From assembly GCA_035285545.1 (NCBI GenBank), contig JAYKGY010000143.1, forward strand, positions 1 to 19,286: 19,286 bases of DNA. Direction: 5' to 3'. This document shows, piece after piece, positions 1 through 8,283 of this stretch. Both the position numbers and the translations under genes were made by a program. The notes under the pieces were generated by a model, which saw nothing but the letters and a program-made list of their open reading frames with translations, was not told the origin of the DNA and made no database searches. This DNA comes from Snowella sp. Lineage in GTDB: Bacteria; Cyanobacteriota; Cyanobacteriia; Cyanobacteriales; Microcystaceae. Position 1 is the stretch's first letter; each line of letters opens with the position of its first letter.

Positions 1-121
1 ATCGTTTCCGAGGCATCCTTATTCGATGGGCCAAATCTTCTCAATCCTACTTGGGCTTTATTCAGATTGCTGCTTGTTTGATCATCGGCCGCAAACTTCT
101 CACATTTTTCGGATAGGTTCT
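1..121 (+). mobile_element. 3' end of an IS5-family insertion sequence (transposase C-terminus plus right terminal inverted repeat)
   Basis: The frame from nt 3 reads RFRGILIRWAKSSQSYLGFIQIAACLIIGRKLLTFFG, ending at TAG 114-116. This matches the RFRxLxxRWxK...YLGFxxxA tail of IS5-family DDE transposases. The stop lies in TTTTTCGGATAGGTTCT (105-121), which resembles IS5-type ends, followed by TAG (possible target duplication). The element is cut by the window edge. Confidence 0.8.
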
Positions 122-363
122 TAGGCGGGGGGATTAAGTAAATGCACTATTTTCTATTGAATTTATTATCAGACAAACTGCCCAGACAACGTTACAAAAC
201 TTAAAAATATTACAAAGCATTAAGGGTTTTCGCCCCTTTGTTCTGCCGAAGAAAGCGACTCAGGATTGCTAAAATAATAGTCTGAGGAAATTTTATCAGA
301 ACTGCCCAAATCCCCTGTTGGGTTAGATGATGATAAAAATTAACAATCGGAGGAAATTTAATT

Positions 364-1902
364 ATGGATAATGAAATAGTCTATCAAATTGGTGGACTTG
401 TTATTATCTTAGGAGGTTTTATTTTGGGATTAAAATTTATTAGTGGTCAAGGTAATCAGACTTCTCAAGAAACAGAATTAGCATCCATATCAGGTAACGA
501 AAATTATCCCAATACCTCCCATGAGATTGCCGAAAAGCCCTCTTCATCAACCGCTATGCAATTTTTTCTGGATAACGAAAATATTTCTTTAAAAGGCCGA
601 ATTTTTCATCTAGAAAAGCAATTAACCTCATCTCAAAATTGGTTGAAAACCCTAGAAAACGAAAAGATCGAGCTTGAAAATCAGCTTGCCCAAGAACAGA
701 TTAAAACCCAGACCCAACAACAGCAACTTCAACAGTTAACGGCGGCTCAAGTCGCCCGCGAATCTGACTATCAAAAGCAGCGACAAGAATTGCTCTTAGA
801 AAATCAATATTTGTCTCAGAACTTGCGTCAGGAAGTTGCGAACCGAACCGAACTCCAACGGCAGTTTTATGCTTCAGCCCAACGAGAAAAACAGTTTGAG
901 CAAAGAGAGCAACACCAGCAACAAATGATTCAAGAGTTAGAGCGCAAAAACCGAGAATTAAGCGACTCTAGAATTGGAGATACGGTCTGTTTGCAGCAAC
1001 AACTGGATCGGTTACGGGACGAAAAACGCCAAATCGATGCGGTGGTGCAAGAGCAGGTTGCCAATGCGAAAAAATTACAATCCGAAATTGCCCAACTTAT
1101 TGAAGAAAATCGAGATCGCAAAGTCTCCCATCAAAGCGCGATCGCCGAAATTGAGACATTAAAACAACAAATTCAGACCCTAGAAACCGAAAAAGCCCGC
1201 CTAACCCACGATGTCAGGATTCAAACCGAAGAATTAATTCAAGAAAAGATTCAACAGGAACAGGCGATCGCCGAGCTTCAGAAACATATCCGTCAGTTAG
1301 AAAAAGATCATTCCCCCAAGCCGAGTAAGCATCAAGCCAAACGGTCAACTCAAGCTCCAGCAGTAGCAGAGCCAACGGTAACTCAATCGGAAATTCTTGA
1401 ATCTGCCCCAGTAATGACGGAACCCCAAGCCGTTGCTCCAGTCACCCATGCTGAGATTCAAGTAGAAAAAGCAGAGATTAAATCGGTTGACAGCGTTCAA
1501 CCCCAGAAAGATAAACAACCGGAACCCGTTCCTGCTAATCAAGCTGTTGTAGTAGAACCCGAATCCTTAGCGATCGCGCCGGAAATCAATCCCGTTGTTG
1601 AAAAAGTGACCGAATCCGTAACAACCGAAGCCGTTGAGCCGGAAGCAGAAACCTCCAGCCCTTCTCAAAACATCTTTGACGGTAAAAAGTTTATTATCGT
1701 TGGGACGTTAACCCAAATCAATCGAGAACAGGCGAAAAACCTAATTCAAGAAGCGGGCGGTAGCGTAACCAGTTCTCCCAGTTCCAAAACGAATTACGTC
1801 CTAGTGGGCAAATCACCTGGCGATAAATTGAAAAAAGCCCAAAAGCTCGGCATTTCACAGCTTTCTGAAGCCCAATTTCTCCATTTATTAGCGGGTCACT
1901 AA
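364..1902 (+). CDS. Membrane-anchored coiled-coil protein with C-terminal BRCT domain
   Basis: 512-aa ORF with GGAGG RBS upstream. It has an N-terminal hydrophobic helix (IGGLVIILGGFILGL), a long Q/E/L-rich heptad region and a P/E/V-rich linker. The C-terminus (FDGKKFIIVGTL...AKNLIQEAGG.VTSS.S.KTNYVLVG..PG.KL.KA..LGI..LSE..F) resembles the BRCT domain of NAD-dependent ligase LigA. Confidence 0.85.
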   Translation: MDNEIVYQIGGLVIILGGFILGLKFISGQGNQTSQETELASISGNENYPNTSHEIAEKPSSSTAMQFFLDNENISLKGRIFHLEKQLTSSQNWLKTLENEKIELENQLAQEQIKTQTQQQQLQQLTAAQVARESDYQKQRQELLLENQYLSQNLRQEVANRTELQRQFYASAQREKQFEQREQHQQQMIQELERKNRELSDSRIGDTVCLQQQLDRLRDEKRQIDAVVQEQVANAKKLQSEIAQLIEENRDRKVSHQSAIAEIETLKQQIQTLETEKARLTHDVRIQTEELIQEKIQQEQAIAELQKHIRQLEKDHSPKPSKHQAKRSTQAPAVAEPTVTQSEILESAPVMTEPQAVAPVTHAEIQVEKAEIKSVDSVQPQKDKQPEPVPANQAVVVEPESLAIAPEINPVVEKVTESVTTEAVEPEAETSSPSQNIFDGKKFIIVGTLTQINREQAKNLIQEAGGSVTSSPSSKTNYVLVGKSPGDKLKKAQKLGISQLSEAQFLHLLAGH

Positions 1903-2081
1903 CGCTCTCTGGTAATCGGAATAGGAGTGGTCGGGATCTCCGAGTTGGGTCGCCACGCGATCGCCGAATCTTTAGCCAAGCTACTCAACTCTCGAATCTT
2001 CTGTTCCGTCCGTCGAGCTAATTCCAAAAGCTCATTTAATTCGGATAAATTACGTTCGCTCCAGCAAGAGGATTCAATCAT
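1899..2081 (-). CDS. Small hypothetical helical protein (60 aa)
   Basis: ATG preceded by GAGG; amphipathic or coiled-coil sequence (LSELNELLELARRTEQKIRELSSLAKD); fills the gap between two plus-strand genes with a 4-nt convergent overlap; contains a HIP1 site. Confidence 0.55.
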   Translation of the reverse strand: MIESSCWSERNLSELNELLELARRTEQKIRELSSLAKDSAIAWRPNSEIPTTPIPITRER

Positions 2082-2159
2082 AACAATAACCTCACATTGA
2101 TTCCCTCAACACCACAGTATCAATTCTAATCGATGGTTCTGGTTGGGAATTGTTCCGCT

Positions 2160-2180
2160 ATGACAGTAATGTGACAGTAA
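2160..2180. promoter_or_regulatory. Direct repeat TGACAGTAA-N2-TGACAGTAA (11-bp period), candidate OmpR/PhoB-family regulator site
   Basis: Perfect 9-mer at 2161-2169 and 2172-2180 in a divergent intergenic region. The minus strand reads CTGTCAC-ATTA-CTGTCAT. A minus-strand TAGAAT -10-like hexamer lies at 2128-2123. Confidence 0.4.
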
Positions 2181-2314
2181 AATTCACAAAAACTCGCCGA
2201 ATCATTACAGTTAGCGTAACTTCCTTCCTGGCGTTCCTCCCTATGCCTACAATAGATATAAAGAAAAAGAAAACGAATGATTTTCCTGATTAACGTTGCC
2301 CAGAGGTGGTCATT

Positions 2315-2776
2315 ATGAATAAAACAGTTGGGGAAGTGATGACCCCGAATCCCATCACCATTAAACCGGAAGCTCCCTTACAGGATGCGATCAAACTTCT
2401 GGCCGAAAAGCGCATCGGCGGCTTACCCGTTGTGGATGATACGGGCAAATTAATTGGCGTTATTTCAGAAACCGATTTAATGTGGCAAGAAGCTGGTGTT
2501 GAACCTTCTCCCTATATTATGCTGCTCGATAGTATTATTTATCTCCAGAATCCTGCCCGTCACGAAAAGGAAATCCATAAGGCGTTAGGGCAAACGGTCG
2601 GAGAAGTGATGAGCGATGAACCGATTACGATCAAATCTGTGCAGAGTCTACGAGATGCCGCCCATCTGATGAATGAGCGAAAAATTCGTTTCTTACCCGT
2701 CATGGATGGGGATAATCATCAGGTCATTGGAGTCCTGACTCAAGGAGATATTATTCGGGCAATGGCCAGTGCTTAG
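2315..2776 (+). CDS. CBS domain-containing protein (tandem CBS pair)
   Basis: Two CBS motifs: TVGEVMTPNPITI...LPVVDDTGKLIGVISETDL and TVGEVMSDEPITI...LPVMD...VIGVLTQGDII. ATG 2315 preferred over GTG 2306 because of the GAGG spacing. Confidence 0.92.
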   Translation: MNKTVGEVMTPNPITIKPEAPLQDAIKLLAEKRIGGLPVVDDTGKLIGVISETDLMWQEAGVEPSPYIMLLDSIIYLQNPARHEKEIHKALGQTVGEVMSDEPITIKSVQSLRDAAHLMNERKIRFLPVMDGDNHQVIGVLTQGDIIRAMASA

Positions 2777-2777
2777 C

Positions 2778-3410
2778 ATGGCTCGGCAAGGTCAACTGTC
2801 TCTGAATCACCCTATTCTGGAAGAAAGTTTTGCCATTATCGATCGCGAAGTGGGTGAACATTTCCTAACGGCTGAAGAATACGCGATCGCCCGTCGGGTC
2901 ATTCACACCACCGCAGATTTTGAGTATCTTGATCTCTTGCGTTTTAGTCCCGATGCCATTGCGTCCGGCATTGCCGCCCTGGGTCAAGGGGTTCCCATTG
3001 TCACCGATGTCACCATGATTAAACAGGGCATTGCGACCTTAGTGAATAAAACCTTTCAAAATCCCATTATTGCGGCGATTGATTTGGCTGATACCGCAGA
3101 AGCTGGCAAGACCCGCACCGAAACCGGATTACTTCGTTGTTTAGGCCAATATCCCCAGGCTATTTACGCGATCGGCAATGCGCCCACTGCTTTACTGGCT
3201 CTCTGTCAGCAGGTTCCCCATTTGTCTCAGAAACCGCCTCTGGTGATTGGTGCAACAGTTGGCTTTGTCTCGGTGGTGGAATCAAAACAGGCTCTATCCC
3301 AGGTCAATATTCCCCAAATTCGGGTAGAAGGTCGCAAGGGGGGGTCAACAGTCACTGCCGCTATCATTAACGCCTTGTTAGTTCTTGCCTGGGAGCAAGT
3401 GCATTCCTGA
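2778..3410 (+). CDS. cobH: Precorrin-8X / cobalt-precorrin-8 methylmutase (CobH/CbiC)
   Basis: Motifs SFAIID, RRVIHTTADF, IVTDVTM, GKTRT, AIGNAPTAL, VGFV..VESK and GRKGGS...AAIINAL. The start is uncertain (GTG 2769 or ATG 2778); the gene abuts the CBS gene. Confidence 0.93.
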   Translation: MARQGQLSLNHPILEESFAIIDREVGEHFLTAEEYAIARRVIHTTADFEYLDLLRFSPDAIASGIAALGQGVPIVTDVTMIKQGIATLVNKTFQNPIIAAIDLADTAEAGKTRTETGLLRCLGQYPQAIYAIGNAPTALLALCQQVPHLSQKPPLVIGATVGFVSVVESKQALSQVNIPQIRVEGRKGGSTVTAAIINALLVLAWEQVHS

Positions 3411-3416
3411 TTTGTT

Positions 3417-3998
3417 CTAATCTTTCCCAAAAGGCTGCCCCCACCACTGCCAACATTCTTTATTAAACGGCGATCGCCATTTTAAGATTAATTCTCGTTC
3501 CCATTGTTGTAACACTTTTTTACTGGGGATCAATTGCCAAAACGCCGAGGAAACCTTCACCCCTAGGTCATAGCGACGATGCAACTCAATATATTGCAGA
3601 ATATAACTTTTGCAATCATGGGTGCCTTTCCAACGCTGATTAGCTGTTAGCTTGGTTTCTCCGACGTACAGCAAAAGAGGCAGGGTACTATCGATAATGA
3701 AATACAAACAGCCTTGCTCATGGGTTTCGAGCAACGCAGAAGATGCGGCTTGTCGCCAAAAAAGGGAGGAATGCAGGGGCAAGCTAAAGGGATTAATCTC
3801 CTCTGGGCTATGCCAAGTTGTTTGGGATAATTCAAATAGGGTTTGCTGTTGGGGCGCAGCAATAACCTGCACCTGTTGTTGATAATGAAAAATTCTTTCT
3901 TTCCACTGGATCAAAGATGGTTTATTTAAAATTAATTTCTCTGATCGAGGCGCATAATAACTCCCCGAACTATCAAACAGGCTCAGTTGCTTTTTCAC
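3417..3998 (-). CDS. GIY-YIG nuclease family protein (cyanobacterial type)
   Basis: GCLYFIID...LLLYVGET (GIY-YIG-like strand pair), downstream Arg (NQRW), helix Glu (WERELI) and PFN motif; GTG start. Confidence 0.75.
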   Translation of the reverse strand: MKKQLSLFDSSGSYYAPRSEKLILNKPSLIQWKERIFHYQQQVQVIAAPQQQTLFELSQTTWHSPEEINPFSLPLHSSLFWRQAASSALLETHEQGCLYFIIDSTLPLLLYVGETKLTANQRWKGTHDCKSYILQYIELHRRYDLGVKVSSAFWQLIPSKKVLQQWERELILKWRSPFNKECWQWWGQPFGKD

Positions 3999-4016
3999 AA
4001 AAAATTGAATTTAGAA

Positions 4017-6584
4017 TTAAGTTAACCATTGGCTGACATCGATCGCGAGGACTCGACCTAATTCCAACAAAGCATATAACTGTCCCACTGTCCAGGGGCA
4101 ATGCTCCACCGCATATTGTGCTAAACAATCGGGGATTAAGTGCTGATGAAGAAAATCATAATAAAGCTCCTGGGCTGGGGCAAGACTGATCCCCAACTGT
4201 AACTGCTCCGCAATTTCGCTCATTTGTATCAGATGACGAATATCGATTTCCACCTGTTGCGGTTCGGGATGATAAAGCAGTTTTTGTAAACTTTGGAAAA
4301 TGAGGCGTTCTAGGGTTTTCTTGGCTTCGGGGATCGTCAAACGACAGCGTAAATAGGCGGCTTCTGCCGTGATAGATTTGAGTTCTTCGAGATGATGGGT
4401 CGTCTGTTGGCTATCATCCATTGATGCTTCCAGATTAGCAATAACGGTAGCGCAACGGTGGGCGATCGCGATCTCAGCGGCCACTTGTAACTCTGGGGGA
4501 ACGGGTAATTCATCCCGTTGGAAGGCGACTAAAATACTGTAATTATCCCGATAAACCTGGGTATAAAGCTGGTCTAAGTGTTTTTTGGTTTTGTCTGTCA
4601 ACAACTGCATAATGCGGTGACGTTCTTCGGCAAAGAGGTGTTGCAGATTAAAAGATTGATTACCAAAGACTTCACTGAGATTGAGAATAATTTGGGCGGC
4701 ACTGGCGAGTTTTAACGAATCAAAGACCTGTTCTTTGAGCTTGCTATAGGCACTGCGACCGGCAAAGGGTTGAATACAACAGTGGAAATCCCAACCGCCT
4801 AAATGCAAGACTGCAAAGGTAAAGTGATGACTTTCCCAGGTAATCGATGAGGTTAATTTGACCTGTCCGACTGCTAGCGTTAACGTCCCTAACTGTTGCT
4901 TTTGGTAATCCAATTGTTCGGTTTGGTAACAATAGAGGGATTGTTCGCGAGCATAATTGGTGAACAAAGAACTAATGGCATAGTGGGCGGCAACTTGTTC
5001 AAAGCTAATTTGGGCCGTTGTGACTAACTGTTGATAAACCGCTTCTCCGTCTTTGAAGATCTCCACATTACTGGTGGCTTTGGCTAATTGACGGATAAAT
5101 TTATCTTCTAAATGAATTCCCGTCACTTCTGCCGCTAATTCCATCGCCCGTGCAGCGTAACGCAGAATTTGGACTCCTTCGGGCCGAGAAATTTCATCAA
5201 AGAACCAACCGCAACTGGTAAACATCAACAGACTCAACCGTTGCATTTCCAATAAGCGCAGGGCATCGATTTTTTCTAAGTCGGCAAGAACATGGTTTTG
5301 ATGTCTGGTTAAAAATCCGTCGGTTTGTTCCGGCGATCGCTGCAAAATGACTTGAATATAGTCTTCCCGTGCTTGCCAGGGATCACCGAAAAGCTTACGC
5401 CCTGCTTCTAAATACAAAACTTTTAATTGATCCCGCAACCAATTTAAACTTTCCCGCAACGGTTTACGCCATTTCTGATGCCAACTTCCGCCGCCACCGC
5501 AACCACAATCATCTTGCCAACGCTCTACACCATGAAAACAACTCCAAGCCGTCACAGGTTTGAGTTCTACTTCCCATTGGGGGGGATGAACACTGAGATA
5601 ATGGGCAAAATTTGTGACCGTCCAGCCTCGTTGTACAAATTCCTGGGTAAAGGCATAGGCTAGGCATTTTTCCGTTCCGCCTTTGTGGTGGCCAAAGGTT
5701 TCGCCATCGGTAGCAACGCTGATAATCTGGGCAGGGCGATGATCCCCTTTAACCGCTTGTCCTAATCTGCCAGCGAAATGTTCAGAACTGCTGAGGACAT
5801 CATTAAAGCCCATATCACGGGAAATCGGGCCATCGTAAAAGAAGATATCAATAGAGCGACCATCGGTAATAAAACAACGATAGGGACGGGTGGGATCAAT
5901 CTGTCCGCCACCGACTTCGTGCCATTCAGGTTCGGGATCATGTTCTGTGGCAAAAGGGCGACACCGTTCTGCTTGGGAAGGAGCCAGGATAATAAAACGA
6001 ATGTTTTCATCAATTAGGGCTTCTAAGGTTTCGTAATCAACGGCGGTTTCGGCTAACCAGATTCCTTCGGGTTCCCGTCCAAAACGTGTTTTAAAATCGG
6101 CTTTTCCCCAACGGATTTGAGTATATTTATCCCGTTTGTTGGCTAAGGGAAGAATGATGTGATTGTAAACTTGCGCGATCGCGTTACCGTGGCCATTGAG
6201 GCGATCGCAGCTTTTCCGATCAGCATCGATAATGCGTTGATAGGTTTCGGGATCATAACCTTCCAACCAAGACATCAAGGTGGGGCCGATATTAAAGCTG
6301 AGATATTCAAAATTATTAACAATCTCTAAAAGTTCACCCCGATCATTAAGAATACGGGCAAAGGCATTAGGGCGATAACATTCATGGTGAATCCGTTCAT
6401 TCCAATCGTGAAAGGGTGTTGCACTGGGCTGACGTTCAATGACATTTAAATAGGGATTCTCGCGGGGGGGCTGATAAAAATGTCCATGAATCGTGACATA
6501 TACCCCCGTTTCAGTAGGTTTAAGCGGTGCTGTAAATTCCGTATTGGTGACATTATCAATTGAACTTCTAAAAATAGCCGTCAT
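4017..6584 (-). CDS. Glycoside hydrolase family 57 / DUF3536 domain protein (alpha-glucan-active enzyme)
   Basis: 855 aa; GH57 motifs HGHFYQPPRENP, YNHIILPL, GIWLAET (nucleophile Glu), ATDGETFGHH (acid/base Asp), AWSC.HGVERW and MFTSCGWFF. Confidence 0.9.
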   Translation of the reverse strand: MTAIFRSSIDNVTNTEFTAPLKPTETGVYVTIHGHFYQPPRENPYLNVIERQPSATPFHDWNERIHHECYRPNAFARILNDRGELLEIVNNFEYLSFNIGPTLMSWLEGYDPETYQRIIDADRKSCDRLNGHGNAIAQVYNHIILPLANKRDKYTQIRWGKADFKTRFGREPEGIWLAETAVDYETLEALIDENIRFIILAPSQAERCRPFATEHDPEPEWHEVGGGQIDPTRPYRCFITDGRSIDIFFYDGPISRDMGFNDVLSSSEHFAGRLGQAVKGDHRPAQIISVATDGETFGHHKGGTEKCLAYAFTQEFVQRGWTVTNFAHYLSVHPPQWEVELKPVTAWSCFHGVERWQDDCGCGGGGSWHQKWRKPLRESLNWLRDQLKVLYLEAGRKLFGDPWQAREDYIQVILQRSPEQTDGFLTRHQNHVLADLEKIDALRLLEMQRLSLLMFTSCGWFFDEISRPEGVQILRYAARAMELAAEVTGIHLEDKFIRQLAKATSNVEIFKDGEAVYQQLVTTAQISFEQVAAHYAISSLFTNYAREQSLYCYQTEQLDYQKQQLGTLTLAVGQVKLTSSITWESHHFTFAVLHLGGWDFHCCIQPFAGRSAYSKLKEQVFDSLKLASAAQIILNLSEVFGNQSFNLQHLFAEERHRIMQLLTDKTKKHLDQLYTQVYRDNYSILVAFQRDELPVPPELQVAAEIAIAHRCATVIANLEASMDDSQQTTHHLEELKSITAEAAYLRCRLTIPEAKKTLERLIFQSLQKLLYHPEPQQVEIDIRHLIQMSEIAEQLQLGISLAPAQELYYDFLHQHLIPDCLAQYAVEHCPWTVGQLYALLELGRVLAIDVSQWLT

Positions 6585-6801
6585 AATTTTTATAAAATCT
6601 TAAGATTCTTTTGAATGATTTAGCGTTAATTAATATTTGGAATTAACAATGAGAATTGTGTAGAGCATTGCTAATGTAGAACGATAATAACTCAACACTA
6701 ACATTAGAGACAATAAACCGAATCGATATCATCCCTAAATATACGGAAATATTTAAATTTCTCTACATTTGGTTATAGAATGCGGTCATTAAATTTTAAT
6801 C

Positions 6802-8112
6802 TTACAAACTTAAATCTTGATGAGTAAAAGGTTTTGCATTAGTTCCACTATAACTTTCCACAATATGACCATCACCCACTAACTGATATTTATAAGTCAC
6901 TAATCCTTCTAATCCAACCGGGCCACGGGGAGGCATTTTTTGGGTACTAATTCCCACTTCTGCCCCAAAACCATAGCGGAAACCATCGGCAAAACGGGTA
7001 CTACAATTGTGAAAGATCCCTGCTGCATCCACTTGATTACAGAATAAATTTGCTGCTTCTAAATCTTCGGTGACAATGCCATCAGTATGTTTTGATCCGT
7101 GGGTATTAATGTGCGCGATCGCGTCTTCGAGGGAATCCACAATTTTAATCGACAGAATCAGATCACTGTATTCCGTTTGCCAATCGCTGTCAGTTGCGGG
7201 TAAAACGGGGATAATGGCCTGGGTGGCTTCATCTCCTTTTAATACAACCTGTTTAGCGGTTAAGGCATCAGCTAATGGGGGTAATATTTGGGATGCAATA
7301 TTTTTATGAATTAAAAGCGTTTCAATGGCATTACACGCCGCAGGATATTGGGTTTTGGCATCCACTGTAACAGCGATCGCTTTTTGAAAATCGGCTTTTT
7401 CATCTAAATATAAATGACAAATTCCATCGGCATGACCTAATACGGGAATGTGAGTATTTTGTTGAATGTAGCGAACAAATTCATTAGAGCCTCTGGGAAT
7501 AATTAAATCCACATATTTTTCAAGGGTTAATAATTCTTTGATTTCTTCCCTTGTCGTTAATAATTGAATCGCATCGGGGTTAACTTTTGTCTGACTTAAC
7601 GCTTTTTTGATAATTTCAACCAATACTTGACAAGAACGGGTTGCTTCTTTTCCCCCTTTTAAAATGACCCCATTACCCGATTTAATCGCAAGACTGGTAA
7701 TTTGAATTAAGGCTTCAGGACGCGCTTCAAAAATGACTCCCAGCACTCCCAAAGGGCAGCTAAGACGTTTTAGCACCAAGCCTTGGTCTAATTCGCGATG
7801 GATAGAAACTTCCCCAATGGGATCGGCTAATTTCTGCACATCCCGAACCCCTGCAATAGTGGCTTTTAGTTTGCTCTCACTGAGTTTCAACCGATCATAC
7901 AATGGTTTAGCAATGCCCTCTGCTTGGGCTGCTTGACAATCTAGGGCGTTGGCTTCTACGATTTGCGCGATCGCGGTTTCTAAAGCTTCAGCAACAACTC
8001 CTATAGCCTGATTACGCTCCTCACTAGAGAGACTTGCTAACTCACGGGAAGCTTGGCGCGTTTTTTGGGCAATCTCTAATAATGATTCGGAAGTCAGAGC
8101 AGTAGTCACCAT
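6802..8112 (-). CDS. proA: Gamma-glutamyl phosphate reductase (glutamate-5-semialdehyde dehydrogenase)
   Basis: Motifs [54 protein letters not shown] and [36 protein letters not shown] 8112 preferred over TTG 8121. Confidence 0.97.
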   Translation of the reverse strand: MVTTALTSESLLEIAQKTRQASRELASLSSEERNQAIGVVAEALETAIAQIVEANALDCQAAQAEGIAKPLYDRLKLSESKLKATIAGVRDVQKLADPIGEVSIHRELDQGLVLKRLSCPLGVLGVIFEARPEALIQITSLAIKSGNGVILKGGKEATRSCQVLVEIIKKALSQTKVNPDAIQLLTTREEIKELLTLEKYVDLIIPRGSNEFVRYIQQNTHIPVLGHADGICHLYLDEKADFQKAIAVTVDAKTQYPAACNAIETLLIHKNIASQILPPLADALTAKQVVLKGDEATQAIIPVLPATDSDWQTEYSDLILSIKIVDSLEDAIAHINTHGSKHTDGIVTEDLEAANLFCNQVDAAGIFHNCSTRFADGFRYGFGAEVGISTQKMPPRGPVGLEGLVTYKYQLVGDGHIVESYSGTNAKPFTHQDLSL

Positions 8113-8283
8113 AGAAAACAAAACTTAATGCGATAGTAGGGGTAAAGCCTTGATCTATCATAAAGGATTAACACTGCGTCAATCTACAAAATCCGGTTGC
8201 GAATTATAAAAGAGCCTAAAAAAAGACCAACAAAAACTTCCAACAGTCTCTTCAGATTCTTGAGCCAAAAAGTAACCCAAGAA

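Noticed and set aside
191..224. GTTACAAA / ATTACAAA half-sites as an RpaB HLR1 element
   Set aside because: The good half-sites are 18 bp apart rather than 10, so the match is not canonical.
364..1902. Calling the BRCT protein ligA or smc
   Set aside because: No adenylation (KxDG), OB or zinc-finger domains, and no Walker A/B motifs.
2170..2188. TGTGA...TCACA as a CRP site
   Set aside because: The spacer is 9 nt rather than the required 6.
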